A stretch of 57,712 nt of DNA, counting the filler, from Asterionella formosa (taxonomy: Eukaryota): the NCBI GenBank assembly GCA_002256025.1. It is 5 parts of 5 records of this genome, joined end to end, with 100 filler letters (N's around TTAATTAATTAA, not from the genome) between each part and the next. Parts side by side here need not be neighbours in the genome. Positions count along the whole stretch, not along the records: positions 34,711 to 46,166 come from NKIB01008482.1; positions 46,267 to 57,712 come from NKIB01008497.1; 3 more parts are not named here. One strand, given 5' to 3'. Below, one piece after another: positions 39,745 through 51,248 of this stretch. Positions within the stretch are counted from its first letter, which is position 1, and each line of letters opens with the position of its first letter. The position numbers and the translations under genes were made by a program. Below the pieces are notes generated by a model. The model had not been told where the DNA came from and did not search any database. It worked only from the letters and a program-made list of their open reading frames with translations.

Positions 39745-39935
39745 TTTCAATTTTACGATCATACAATCCTGAAACTATGATGTTTTACTGTCCCACTGTA
39801 GTAGCAACAGTCCTGAACATATGGTGTTCTGTTGCTTGCTTACTACTCCGACTACCCTCTTTCAATTGTACGATCATACAATCCTGAAACTATGATAATT
39901 TACTGTCCCGCTACAGTAGCAACAGTCATGAACAT
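39745..39935. repeat. Two ~75 bp direct repeats with 115 bp period
   Basis: TTCAATT.TACGATCATACAATCCTGAAACTATGAT...AGTAGCAACAGTC.TGAACAT at 39746 and 39861. Confidence 0.88.
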
Positions 39936-39939
39936 CAGA

Positions 39940-40530
39940 GGGAAGTCGGAAATGGTAGGCTGTAATTTGTTGAAAAAAGGGGAGCCAGTCACCTATTGAT
40001 GGAGATTGGAATGGCAGAAGGGGGGAGGGTTGGGTGGAAAGAATTTGAGATGGGGATGAATCGAAGGCAGGCATTTCGGTTGTATTGAGAAAACTGGGTA
40101 GGATCTTGTTGAAGGCGGCAGTAGACTATAAAGGTTGCAGGATGGTAGCAGGTTGGCAAGTTTTGGTGGGAAGGCCCATGTCGTTTCCAATCCTTAAGAT
40201 AATGGATGGATCGAAGGTAGGGGGAGCGGGATTTCACTGTGAAGAGATGGGAAAGAACACGGCGCCAGATTGTCCAAATGGCAGTACTGGGTCGTGGTTG
40301 TTTTGGCCAAGTGAGGGTTGAAGTGCATGAGGATTTAAAACCATTCCAGAAGTCAAGTGCAATGGATTTCCCTAACTTTCAGTGATATCTGAGAGGGTCA
40401 GAACTTGAACATAGATATGACAATGGTTGAATTTAACTAGATTCGGAGTTGAGAGAAGAGGGGTTGAGGCCATTGATGCCACTAGAGGCATTAGATGACA
40501 GTTATTGATTCTGTCTAGAGGGAGGACCCA
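39940..40530 (-). mobile_element. Non-LTR (Ambal-like) retrotransposon fragment, post-RT region
   Basis: WVLPLDRINNCHLM...FNHCHIYVQVLTLSDIT...STLTWPKQPRP...WTIWRRVL, resembling the region after RT in diatom non-LTR elements. Confidence 0.65.
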
Positions 40531-40531
40531 G

Positions 40532-40996
40532 CATTTAGGACACTATAAGGTGGCGGCTCTACAGGACACAGAACTCGAAAATGATTAATATGCCAGTCTG
40601 CCATGGATTTTCTCCAAATAAATGGCAAAATGCATCATTAGTATTTTTGGAAAAAGACAAAGGTGATCCAAAGCAAGATACACCAAGCAACTCAGGATTA
40701 TACACCTGTTTGAAGCCGACTATAACTTGATTTTGAAACTGATATGGGGATGCTGCATGATAGGAGGGCGAGCTGAAAAATCGGGGTCTTTAGGCGAAGA
40801 AATGCAAGGATCGAGGTAAAACAGATAAACGTTGGATGTGTTATTAAAGAAAACATTGGCGTTTGACATGATAGCAAGACAACAGTGATAGAATCTTTTG
40901 CTATTTGACAATGACACTGCAAGCTGCTTTGATAGAATACTGGTAAATCTACCTACTATGCTTTGTTCCATGAGGTTAGAGGTCCCTCAGAAAGCT
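40532..40996 (+). mobile_element. Non-LTR (Ambal-like) reverse transcriptase N-terminal fragment, decayed
   Basis: HLGHYK, KWQN...FLEKDKG.P, LRIIHLFEADYNL.LK..WG, QGSR, DNDTASCFDRI with stops. Confidence 0.85.
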
Positions 40997-41617
40997 ATAC
41001 TGGCTCCCTCAGAGACCCTATGTATGGTAGCTTTCCGTAGGATTACTGTGTGAACCGCCTCCATGACCACCAAAATGTCCTCATCTACGGAAACTGGAAT
41101 GGCCATGTCAATTATGATGACCAGCCATGCGACCTGCTCGACCACCTTGAGTACAAGGATTCTGAAAACAATTGCCCCAAGTGTGTGTACCTTCAGGATG
41201 TACCGGACAAGGGCCACGATAATCATGGTACATACGACTGGCTTGTAGAGCTTGATGACGAACAGTCGCCTGACGATCCCATGCGCGACCGGCTGCATTG
41301 ACAATAGCACGCGCTTGTCCACGACCACTTGGAGTAAAATTATTGTTGTAGAATTGACGTATTGGTGAAAGCTAACTTTACCTTTAACTATTTTATGTAC
41401 TTGTACATAATGTGTGGATTAAAGTACATCATAAAATTATTTTGGGAAAAAGCAGACCTCGCAATGTGTAACTGCAGGGCCGCAACCTTAATCTGTTAAT
41501 CGGCCAACATAAGATTTGTGGTAAAGAGATGTAAGTTTGGAGACCAGTATTTTTTGTTTGTGGTTCCGGTACATTCAAAGTGCTTGAAAGAGGGTCAACA
41601 CGGAACTCGGACCCCCA

Positions 41618-42600
41618 TCAAATCCCTTCCCTTACAGTCGCAACTAATAACGACATACATGGATCCTTAGAAAGTCTAAGCTTTCCTACATGTTTGCACA
41701 ATAGAAAGTGTTTGCAACCCTTGGTTGCTCCATCTTGCAAATTGAGCGATCTCATAAAGTCATGATACATTGAAATGGATTGGTTCACGCGTGAATAGCC
41801 AGCTTTCTCATAGAGTCCAATTGCTTCGGAGTTGGTGACATCCACATGAATATACAAGGATTCCACATTTCGCAATGTTGCCAATTTATCCACTCCCTGT
41901 ACAACACGAAGGAATAAATACATGGGATGGGTTAAATGACTTTGCAACTTATCCATTCTAATTTAAAACAATACAAAGGATCCATTGTAAATTTGTTCGC
42001 ACCTGTAATAGCTTCAAACCGATTCCACATCGTCGAGCAGCCGCTGGGTTTACCGCCACCTCGGTAAATTTACAATATCGAGTCTTCTGCAGATTTCTTC
42101 CCCAACTCACAGCCGAAAAACTCGTGAACACTCAGTTCCACACTCCACAGTACCATATCGGACCTCCCGTCTTTCTTGGTGCCACCAGCTGGGATCGACG
42201 CTACCAATGAGGTTGCACCACGAAATCGTCTGTTAGAAAGTGCTTGAATGGACCTTGAACAAAATTGCTTCTGAACTTCGGGGCTCAAGTCCCTTAACAC
42301 TGAAAGTCTGAGATTGGCAACACCAAAGTCATCTGCTGTAGTGGCCACGCGCATGGTGATGGTATCAAGCAAAATTGATCCCTCCTGCCTCCAGAAGACT
42401 AGAAAAGGGCATCAAGAGTACCGTATTGTACCTGGCATTGGATTCTGAAGTAGTCTACCGTATGCGAAGTAGCAGCTTCATCAGGGTCACCAAGCCGTCC
42501 CATACCCCGAGGTATACCCATGAATACAAAAGCGAAATCTGTGGGACCGGATCGGCAGGCGAGAAATTGCCTGCTGTCGCATCCAAATCTTAAGCATGTC
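41618..42600 (-). pseudogene. GNAT (RimI-like) acetyltransferase pseudogene retaining an intron
   Basis: VANLRLSV, SVELSVHEF, stop and frameshift at ~42070, TEVAVNPAAARRCGIGLKLLQ, intron, SLYIHVDVTNSEAIGLYEKAGY. Confidence 0.78.
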
Positions 42601-44917
42601 AAGCAACAACGAAAATCCACCAATTTTTGTGCCATCGGTTACGCACTAGGTAGACCACGAGGATGTCACTATCATACATTCATTTACAGATGGGTGTAGT
42701 TAGGACCAGCTTCTGTTGTTTCTATTCGAACTAATCAATCGAGAGATTTATATGTACCGGTATGTGCCTTTTTTAATTGTTGTCTACCAGTATGTATTTG
42801 TATACCTTTAATACTACCGGGTATACCGGTACTACCGGGAGTATATCTAAACGCATGCCTTTAACGGGGCTCCTTCTTTTGATGGGGGGTCGTGGAGGAT
42901 ACATAGCGATAATCGGCCTCGCCACAATTTGCTCACCATAAGTTTACTTACTCGGTAGCGTAGTCGGAGAAGTGCAATACGAAGATATTCTGCTACCTAG
43001 TACTTTGATGTTGACCTTCATAATCAATCCCACATAAATCATGTCGAATTAAGGACATTAAAGCATGATGCCAGCAAACGTGATGATTGCAAAGAAAGGT
43101 GCCTTTCCGGTTGCCGCTAAGGGATCTTTCCCAGTCCATTATCGTGATGAACTAGAGGAGCCAATTCGAGCGTATACGAAACGAAAAACGAATTATGGCA
43201 GACGAGGATTGAAGCGCATTTGCTGTTTTGCAACGGAAAATCGATCCACTGTTTACCCTTACTACATCACGCATTCGAAGAAGAGACTATTCCGTGTCTC
43301 GGACGACGCCTTGGCTCCCCTCCTTGAGTCGGTGGATAACTACTGATTCAGGATTAGTGAATGTGTATATGATTCGCGTAATTCATAATTGCACGACCAA
43401 CTAGAAAGAAGATCAGAAATCACAAATTCACGTACAACACCTAATCGCCCACCGATTTTTCGCGTTGAGTCATGAAGGGATGGAATCTGCTACTTGACAA
43501 CGAAATTTGTTTTACTTGTGGAACAACATTCATATATGATGAGTAAGCAAACAATAGAACAATAACTTTATATAAGATTATACCGAGCCCAAGGAATCAT
43601 ATTGAGATGAGCTTTACAATCCGGTAAGCTTGGAAGTTTAGATGTGAACTATCATTGCATGGAAGCATGTTGGGTTTAAAGTCCCAATGTTTCAACTTTT
43701 CAATATTTCGTGTATATCACTGATAGGCCATTTTCTGGTATGTCAATGAAAGGGCAAAGATTGGAAAGTCTATGACATTGTGATGTTGGGCTAGTGACTT
43801 GGGTACAGTCTCATGTGGGCGATTACCACCATCCCTGTTGCATATAATTTCATGACATGAAAATGAATTGATCCCTTCTCTTCATTTCATTATTCTGTGA
43901 AGCAACTTCCTCAAACCATAACGACCCATTCTACTCTCTATTTTATAGGCTCCTGTAACTACTGGTATACTATTAAAACCGGTGTTTGCTTGCTTATAGT
44001 ATAAGGTGTAAGGTAATGAGTGAATCAAGAAAAGTGCCATAATCATCATGTTCAAACACATTATAGCTCTATTATACAGAGTAACAACCAAAATGTATAC
44101 TGGCATTATCATAGAGGGAGGAGAGTATTAATTATATATTAATCATTTTTATAGCGCATTTGTGCTATTCTATTTCTAGAGTTGCTGTTGTTGTTGCGCT
44201 CCATGACCCATATAAGTTGGGGCAGTGGAAAGGTTAGGATGGAAGTCACTTCCCTGTGGAAGTGGATTTAAAAAAGTTGCGGTAGCTTTATTCTTGGTTC
44301 AGTTCTCTATAAATGCCCTTCTAAGGCCAGCCAGAGAATCGGATGGTGAGTGTAGATTGGGTTAAAAATTTCCATTTTGGCACCAATGCTGGTTGTTCTA
44401 TTTGAAGTATCCATAACAACTGGTGATTCCAGGGCTTCCAACTCATTGTTTTTGTCTTGTCTTCTTTGTCATCATAAAATTATTGCTTTGAGCAGCACAT
44501 CCAGCTCTGGCGCAATTTCTCCATCAGTGACTTCTTTTTTCTCTGTCTTCTTCATCTTTCTTTGTCAATAATGTTTAGCATGTCACCATTCTTGTATTCT
44601 TCTTCTTGCATTATTGTAATAGCGCTCACTGTCATGAAAAAGGGGTTCAACTTCTTCTTTTCTTTCCTCTTATGGTTGTCTTTGCATGGTTCTTCTTCTG
44701 TTTGTGTTGGGTTGATATGATTGCCATGAATTCCTCAATTGTAGTATTTATGTCAAATGCCAAATGGACATCCATGCAATGATCACCATTTCTCATTGTT
44801 GCTGCTCCTGCATTAAGCTTTGTCTGCTTATTCATCTCCTCCTCTTTCTGCATTCTGCATTCTCTTTCTATTGGATTTCATTACTATCTTATGGTTCTCT
44901 CCCACATGAATGATTTG

Positions 44918-45185
<268 letters not shown>

Positions 45186-46481
45186 CTGCTTGCTGGATAG
45201 CACCTTTTGTCATGGTAAATCGGCCGTTTTTAGGAATTATTAAGTATTACTAGAACCCAGAGGTCCCAGTTGCTTGAATACCACTAAATTCTGTGATAAG
45301 CACTGTGGTACTGTGTTAGTCTTTCGTTAACTCGCCTTCATACTTGTCAAGCAAAGGAGAAACGATTTAGAGAGTATACCAGTATTAATTAATTCGTACT
45401 CGTTGATGGTACATATTCAGAATTTGACATACGCACGGCAAGCACAGCCTTTCGTTTGCTTTCTCCAACAGCGGCAAACTGAATACCAGAAGATGATCAT
45501 ATGAACACACGTACGCATGCTCCTAAGTAGTACCATAGATACCATTGGTCTTGGCAGCAAGTTTTGAGCTATTTATGGTGTAAGACCACTTTGATGTGGC
45601 GAATGTCATCATCGTCCCGCAGCAAGCAACAAACGACCAAAATGCCTTTGATGATCAGCCATAATATATTCATAGCTGAATATATGCTTGCTTGCTCGTT
45701 TCTGTAGGCGTACATACTACGGAGTATATATATACCGGGTACCCGGTTGGTCATACCGGTATATATTTACATATGTATGCACACATCAAAATAAATGCAG
45801 GTTTATTTATTATTACATATTGTATCAAATCTCGTATTCATAATCCAAACTACAGGGACCCACCATTTCACTTGACCTCAATGATGCGAGAAAGAGTATG
45901 TTGGAACGGTCGGTCAACTGGTGATGAATGCACTGTGGACTTTGTTATTTGCAAACATAAAAATATAGATCTATACCAACATCGGGAGTACCTGATGGTG
46001 AACCCAAGCAAAGTGCCAACTTTTGAAACTTGAGTATAAGTATTTATTTTACACGTTGGAGGACAAAATAGTGAAGAAAAGGTGAATCGCATTGTTGTCC
46101 CTCGATTACTGGTCCTCCACTATACTCCTTGCGCCTTTCATTTAGAGCTTCTGTCCCTAAGGACATNNNNNNNNNNNNNNNNNNNNNNNNNNNNNNNNNN
46201 NNNNNNNNNNTTAATTAATTAANNNNNNNNNNNNNNNNNNNNNNNNNNNNNNNNNNNNNNNNNNNNCACCATGATTCGTCTATCGATATACCCGTACTGG
46301 TATTTGGTGTGCTGTTCTTACAAATTGGAAGGAAGCACAGTCAACAGTTACTGCTTTGCGGATTTTCTACAAGGATACCAGTAGATCATACAACAGATGG
46401 GTTTTTTAGAAACAATCGCAGATCCCCTGAGGCAAGGACAACGAAGAAGAGTCTCGATAACCAAAATCAGATAAAGAAGTG

Positions 46482-48641
46482 ATGGATCGAAGTGCAACGC
46501 TGACAACAGCGACCATGAAAACAACTGAGGATCCCGATATGGTGTTGGCTGCGAGGCAACGACGTAGGAAGCTGTTCGGAGATTGCGCTCTTGTGGAGAT
46601 TATTCACCTTCACGATTGTCTGCGAGGTGCTCTGAAAGCTCTTCAAGAAGATGTATCTCAGCTTAACCAATCTGTCATGACTGGAAGTCAGGTGGCTGGT
46701 GAGCTGGAGCGACGAGTGGCTGGACGATTCAAGGTGATTTGGTCTGTCTTTCGAGCACATTCTACAGCAGAAGACGAATTTATTTGGCCAGCTCTTCAGA
46801 GTAAAACGTCAAGAAAGATTGGATCTCCAAAGTGCAATAGCAATAACCACGAGGATACAGAACCAGGTCCTAGCGTAGTCGAACAGGAAGAATATGTTGA
46901 AGATCACGCCGACGAGGAACGCATGTTCAAAACGTTTGATGCACTTTTGTCCAAGCTCCGAGCGGGTCTCGTAAAGAATGATACAGAAGAGGCTTCAAAC
47001 CATGACATGGCGAACGCTATTCATGAATTGACGGCATCTTTGATGCAACATCTCATGGCTCACCTAGACAAAGAAGAGACGCAGTGCATGCCCCTTGTTG
47101 TCAAGCACCTCACAAAATCGGAAATTCATGATCTTGTGGGCCAAATCATGGGAAAACGATCCTCAGAGACCATCGCTCAGATCATGGCCATGGCTGTTCA
47201 AAATCTGAATGAATCAGATAGAGAGGATATGGTATTCTACATGAAGCAAGCGATGGTCGGGACGTTCTTCGAAAAGTGGCTTGCTATGAGTGGGTGGATG
47301 ACATCCAAAACGGGACTTCCACAGACCGAAGAAGAGGACGATAAAAAATTGAGTGCTCGCAAGCGAATCACAGAAGTGGCCGTGGAACGAGAAGAGACAT
47401 TCAAGCGAACGAGAATTGAAAGTAAATCTGACTGCAGTGATCAAGCGTCACTTGTTATCGACAGAAACAAAAAACAAGATGGGTCGGTAACAACTCAGGC
47501 AGATTTGGAAAAACTCATCCGAGCAATCGCTTCTAATCATGCTTTGACACCAATACAGAAGAATACTACCATCCAAGGTCTGCGTGACTCTGTTTGGAGG
47601 AGTAATCAACGCCTTTCCGAGGTTTGCGTTTCTTGTCCTACCCCTGTGACTGCAGCCTCTGGAAATGCTCCTAGTGTGTCACGATCTCGCAGAGAGACCC
47701 CACCTTCGAACTATTTTAAGAGAAATAGTGATGGGAAAGTCACACTAGAATGGAGCCGAGATGATTCAACATTTCCCCTTGCTGATTCGACTGTCCCCTT
47801 GTTCTCAGAGTCGGAGTTAGCTCCAACGCACCATGACGGAGCTAATGGTGCTGTTCTTGGCTGCCCTCATTATGCTCGCGCCGCAAAGCTTAGACACCCA
47901 TCCTCAGGACGTCTGTACACGTGCCGCCTTTGCTGTGAACAGGAACGCGAAAATCCTCTCAAGGATCAAGATTCTCCGCTCGATCGTTACGCTGTGGTAG
48001 AAGTACTTTGCATGCGGTGCTGTACATTACAGCCTGCTGGTGATCATTGCATCAACCCGAAATGCGATTCTCGTGGATCTTGTTTTGCCAAGTACAATTG
48101 TAAGATTTGCAATCTATATGATGATGGACCCACAAAGACTATTTACCACTGTCCTTTTTGTAACGTATGTCGATCTGGGCAAGGTCTTGGAATTGACTAC
48201 CGTCACTGCATGCGATGCAATGCGTGTGTCTCTCTGGCGGATGATCAGCATCACTGTATTTCACAAAAGCTGCAAGGAAGCTGTCCCATCTGTCACGAAA
48301 GTATGTTCCAATCTACGGAACCTCTCCGTGGCCTCAAATGCGGCCATGTGATGCATTTGTCGTGTTTTACTATGTACATGAGAGGGCAGGCATACACGTG
48401 CCCTCTGTGTAAAAAAAGTGTCGAAGACATGAAGGAATATTTTGCCATGCTCGACGCTGCTGTTCGAATGCAACCAATGCCTGCTGCATACTCTTCTACT
48501 ATGAGCAACATCTACTGCCAAGACTGTGAAAGCACTGGACAAGTTCAATATCATTTTGTTGGTTGCAAGTGTACCAAATGTGGCTCTTACAATACTCGAG
48601 AACTCGGGCGCGTCCAAGGGTCCCCTCGAACGGTTCCCTGA
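46482..48641 (+). CDS. Hemerythrin plus CHY/CTCHY zinc finger, RING-H2 and zinc-ribbon E3 ubiquitin ligase (BRUTUS/HRZ-like)
   Basis: HDCLR, HSTAEDEFIWPAL, DHADEE, HLDKEE (HHE motifs); GCPHYAR..CRLC; YHCPFCNVCR; CPICHE...CGHVMH..C...YTCPLC; C.DC...YHFVGCKC..CGSYNT. Confidence 0.92.
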   Translation: MDRSATLTTATMKTTEDPDMVLAARQRRRKLFGDCALVEIIHLHDCLRGALKALQEDVSQLNQSVMTGSQVAGELERRVAGRFKVIWSVFRAHSTAEDEFIWPALQSKTSRKIGSPKCNSNNHEDTEPGPSVVEQEEYVEDHADEERMFKTFDALLSKLRAGLVKNDTEEASNHDMANAIHELTASLMQHLMAHLDKEETQCMPLVVKHLTKSEIHDLVGQIMGKRSSETIAQIMAMAVQNLNESDREDMVFYMKQAMVGTFFEKWLAMSGWMTSKTGLPQTEEEDDKKLSARKRITEVAVEREETFKRTRIESKSDCSDQASLVIDRNKKQDGSVTTQADLEKLIRAIASNHALTPIQKNTTIQGLRDSVWRSNQRLSEVCVSCPTPVTAASGNAPSVSRSRRETPPSNYFKRNSDGKVTLEWSRDDSTFPLADSTVPLFSESELAPTHHDGANGAVLGCPHYARAAKLRHPSSGRLYTCRLCCEQERENPLKDQDSPLDRYAVVEVLCMRCCTLQPAGDHCINPKCDSRGSCFAKYNCKICNLYDDGPTKTIYHCPFCNVCRSGQGLGIDYRHCMRCNACVSLADDQHHCISQKLQGSCPICHESMFQSTEPLRGLKCGHVMHLSCFTMYMRGQAYTCPLCKKSVEDMKEYFAMLDAAVRMQPMPAAYSSTMSNIYCQDCESTGQVQYHFVGCKCTKCGSYNTRELGRVQGSPRTVP

Positions 48642-48686
48642 CTAAACCAACTAAAAATAGCTACGCTCATAATAATTTTTTAAAAT

Positions 48687-51248
48687 TTAGTCCTCGTCGT
48701 CGCCATCAGGGCCGCAGTCCACGATACCTGGCATCCATTCCTCAAATTCTCCCTCTTCTCCCTGATCAGCCGATGTTGATTCCGTGCTCATGAATCGTTC
48801 ATCGTCGGCAGTTTCAATAATCTCTACAAGAGGGTTTGTTTCCTGCGATGAAACCTCGGGCTCCACTGGAACTGGTTCTGTTGATTTGATCGTTGCTGTT
48901 ATGTGGAGATTCTCAGTTTCCACGGTTAGGAATGACGGAGGAGACTTCGCTTTCTTGTACTTTTGCATTCTATCATCATCACACTCCTTGGACGTTCGTT
49001 TTGGCTTTACTTTTGATTTCACATCGTCTTTGGCAATCTCATCTTTTGCCGCCTTTAGGCTGTCCACGATGATTGACGCGGATTCTATTTCAACACATCT
49101 GTCTGTTTGTCCACCAGGTGTGGACCTTGTGGCAACACAGAGAGGTGGAGCCCTAAAAGTAGACTGTAAATTGCACAGTTGTAGGCAGTGAAGGGCCAGT
49201 GCGGACACGCCGTGGTTACTGTCCTTAACTAGCACTCTTGCAGTCTCTCGCAAGACCGGTGTCAAGGCACTCATTGCTGAATCTTGCCAAGGAATGCTAA
49301 TGCAGGTGAGACCAAAGTTGAGAGCGGCAACCTTCGCCTGACTCCAACGGGAAACCTTACTGCTTGACTTTCCAACATATTCATTTAAACACGTGAGCGC
49401 TGTGGAATCTACCAAGGATCGCATCTTGAAGGGCAAGAAGCCCCCGCAACTATTCAGAGTTGCGGTGAGGGCATCCATTGCGGCGGTGGCTAGGCCAACG
49501 CGTTCTTTCAGGGTGCCCCAATCGTCATCGGTCCCGTCCCAGCCGACCTGTTCCAGAACACATCCTGCGAGAAGCAGAATCATCTTGCCTCCCTCATTTG
49601 AATTTCTGTTCCTCCTGGCATCCGAGCTGTTTGACGATTCTACGACCATATTCGAGCCTAAAACGACTATGACCGATCGAGCATTTTGAACTCCTTTGGT
49701 TCTCAGGAATACAGACTGGTGTAGCCAGCGCCTTCTCTTTACATCCAACCCGATTGCGCTACCTGGGTCAACAGCCTTTCTCAAAGCAGTTGAACAGGAG
49801 GTTTGAAAAGAGGCATGGCTAAGAGAAGTGATCCGTCTTCCGTACTGTAAAAGAGGAGATCTTCCAAGTCCATCCAAAACCACCTGGAATATGGTTTGAC
49901 CCATGGCCTTGATGAAGTTTGCGACATCGGTCGCAATGGCGTAGGGACTAAGAAGGCCATCTTGAATCGTCTCTAATCTTAAGCGTTTCTTCGTTCCGTA
50001 GTAGGCACTCTCAGCAGCAGAAGGATAGGACAGAAGATATTCCAGAAGCTCAAGGAGTTCTTCCATTGGGATAAGCGAAGCGTTCAACGCTGTTCTGCAA
50101 TGGGAATCGACGAATTCTCTCTGAAGTAAAGCAACGATGTATCCAACTAACCCATTAACACATGTTCTGAAGTGCAAAACCTTTGAGCCTTCGTCAGGTA
50201 ATTTCTCTCTTGTCTGATCAAGCCAATCACCAATAGTTGTCTGCGTCTTCGCTGAGAGCCGTAGGTCAAATTGGGATGTCTTACAATTCACAGGTGCAAC
50301 TGCCTTTATTACCATCATTATTGCTGAAACTCCATCAGAAAAAGCAATTGACCAAGCATCAGATGGTGCAACATTATCAATACCGGTCAATGTCAATGAC
50401 GACAACAAGCGGGCTGCACCTTGTTGCACATTCTCATTCGATTGGAGAATCGCCTGCCACCCAACGGAACGAAGACATTCAACTATTGGAGAGCTACGTG
50501 CAAGCTTGTTTCCAAATAGCGAAATTAGAGAAGTCGCACTTGTAAGGCAAAGTTTCAATGCTTCGTCGCTTTCGTTGAACCGTGTTTTGCCGCTGGAAAG
50601 CAGCCCTTTCATAGTTCGAGCGAATCCAGTAAGAAGGCATTTTCCAGATGTGGCTAGCAACTCATATTCCGCTAATGCGCAGGGACTCCCCGAGATAAAA
50701 ATTCGCACATGTTGCGAAATAGCTAAACAGACTCCAGCTGCCAATTGAATCGAAACCAAATCGGGGCCTTTGGCAAGGGTTCGAGGCGAGGCAAGGTCCT
50801 GGCCGCCCCCTAAAATTCTAGATAGAGCAGCGATGATGAGTTGCTCGCTATCGGCAATAGTTCCGTCGCCTGACTTTTCTAAATTTTCTGATTCGTTAAT
50901 GATTCGCAAGTCATCTCTGCCGTTGTTCCTAGCTTTATTCCCCATCCCCTTCTTCCTGCTGGTGCCACCACCAACTCCTGAAGATTGGGGTCTAGATGCC
51001 AAAAGCTTTTCTGCTTTTGATTTATTACCCTGTAGGAGACCCTTTCTCGAAAATAATTCCATCATGGCTCGCAAAAGGCAATGGAGATCACCCACCTTCT
51101 TGTGGTTGCATCTCTCACCTGACCTGACAAGCGCCATTAAGCGTGGACCAAGTCCATCATTGTTATTCGTATCATCATTAAGTTCCGCTGGTAGAGCAGG
51201 AAGAGGAGGATTCAAACCGTTCGGTATGGGGTAAATGTTAAGGTCCAT
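48687..51248 (-). CDS. Probable RIX1/PELP1-like HEAT/ARM pre-rRNA processing protein
   Basis: About 850 aa Leu-rich helical ORF with IPMEELLELL and acidic tail ending MPGIVDCGPDGDDED; product inferred from weak motifs. Confidence 0.6.
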   Translation of the reverse strand: MDLNIYPIPNGLNPPLPALPAELNDDTNNNDGLGPRLMALVRSGERCNHKKVGDLHCLLRAMMELFSRKGLLQGNKSKAEKLLASRPQSSGVGGGTSRKKGMGNKARNNGRDDLRIINESENLEKSGDGTIADSEQLIIAALSRILGGGQDLASPRTLAKGPDLVSIQLAAGVCLAISQHVRIFISGSPCALAEYELLATSGKCLLTGFARTMKGLLSSGKTRFNESDEALKLCLTSATSLISLFGNKLARSSPIVECLRSVGWQAILQSNENVQQGAARLLSSLTLTGIDNVAPSDAWSIAFSDGVSAIMMVIKAVAPVNCKTSQFDLRLSAKTQTTIGDWLDQTREKLPDEGSKVLHFRTCVNGLVGYIVALLQREFVDSHCRTALNASLIPMEELLELLEYLLSYPSAAESAYYGTKKRLRLETIQDGLLSPYAIATDVANFIKAMGQTIFQVVLDGLGRSPLLQYGRRITSLSHASFQTSCSTALRKAVDPGSAIGLDVKRRRWLHQSVFLRTKGVQNARSVIVVLGSNMVVESSNSSDARRNRNSNEGGKMILLLAGCVLEQVGWDGTDDDWGTLKERVGLATAAMDALTATLNSCGGFLPFKMRSLVDSTALTCLNEYVGKSSSKVSRWSQAKVAALNFGLTCISIPWQDSAMSALTPVLRETARVLVKDSNHGVSALALHCLQLCNLQSTFRAPPLCVATRSTPGGQTDRCVEIESASIIVDSLKAAKDEIAKDDVKSKVKPKRTSKECDDDRMQKYKKAKSPPSFLTVETENLHITATIKSTEPVPVEPEVSSQETNPLVEIIETADDERFMSTESTSADQGEEGEFEEWMPGIVDCGPDGDDED

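Noticed and set aside
41000..41301. Asp/His-rich 83 aa ORF after the LINE fragment
   Set aside because: GC-richer and possibly a gene fragment, but no recognisable family, ATG or splice support.
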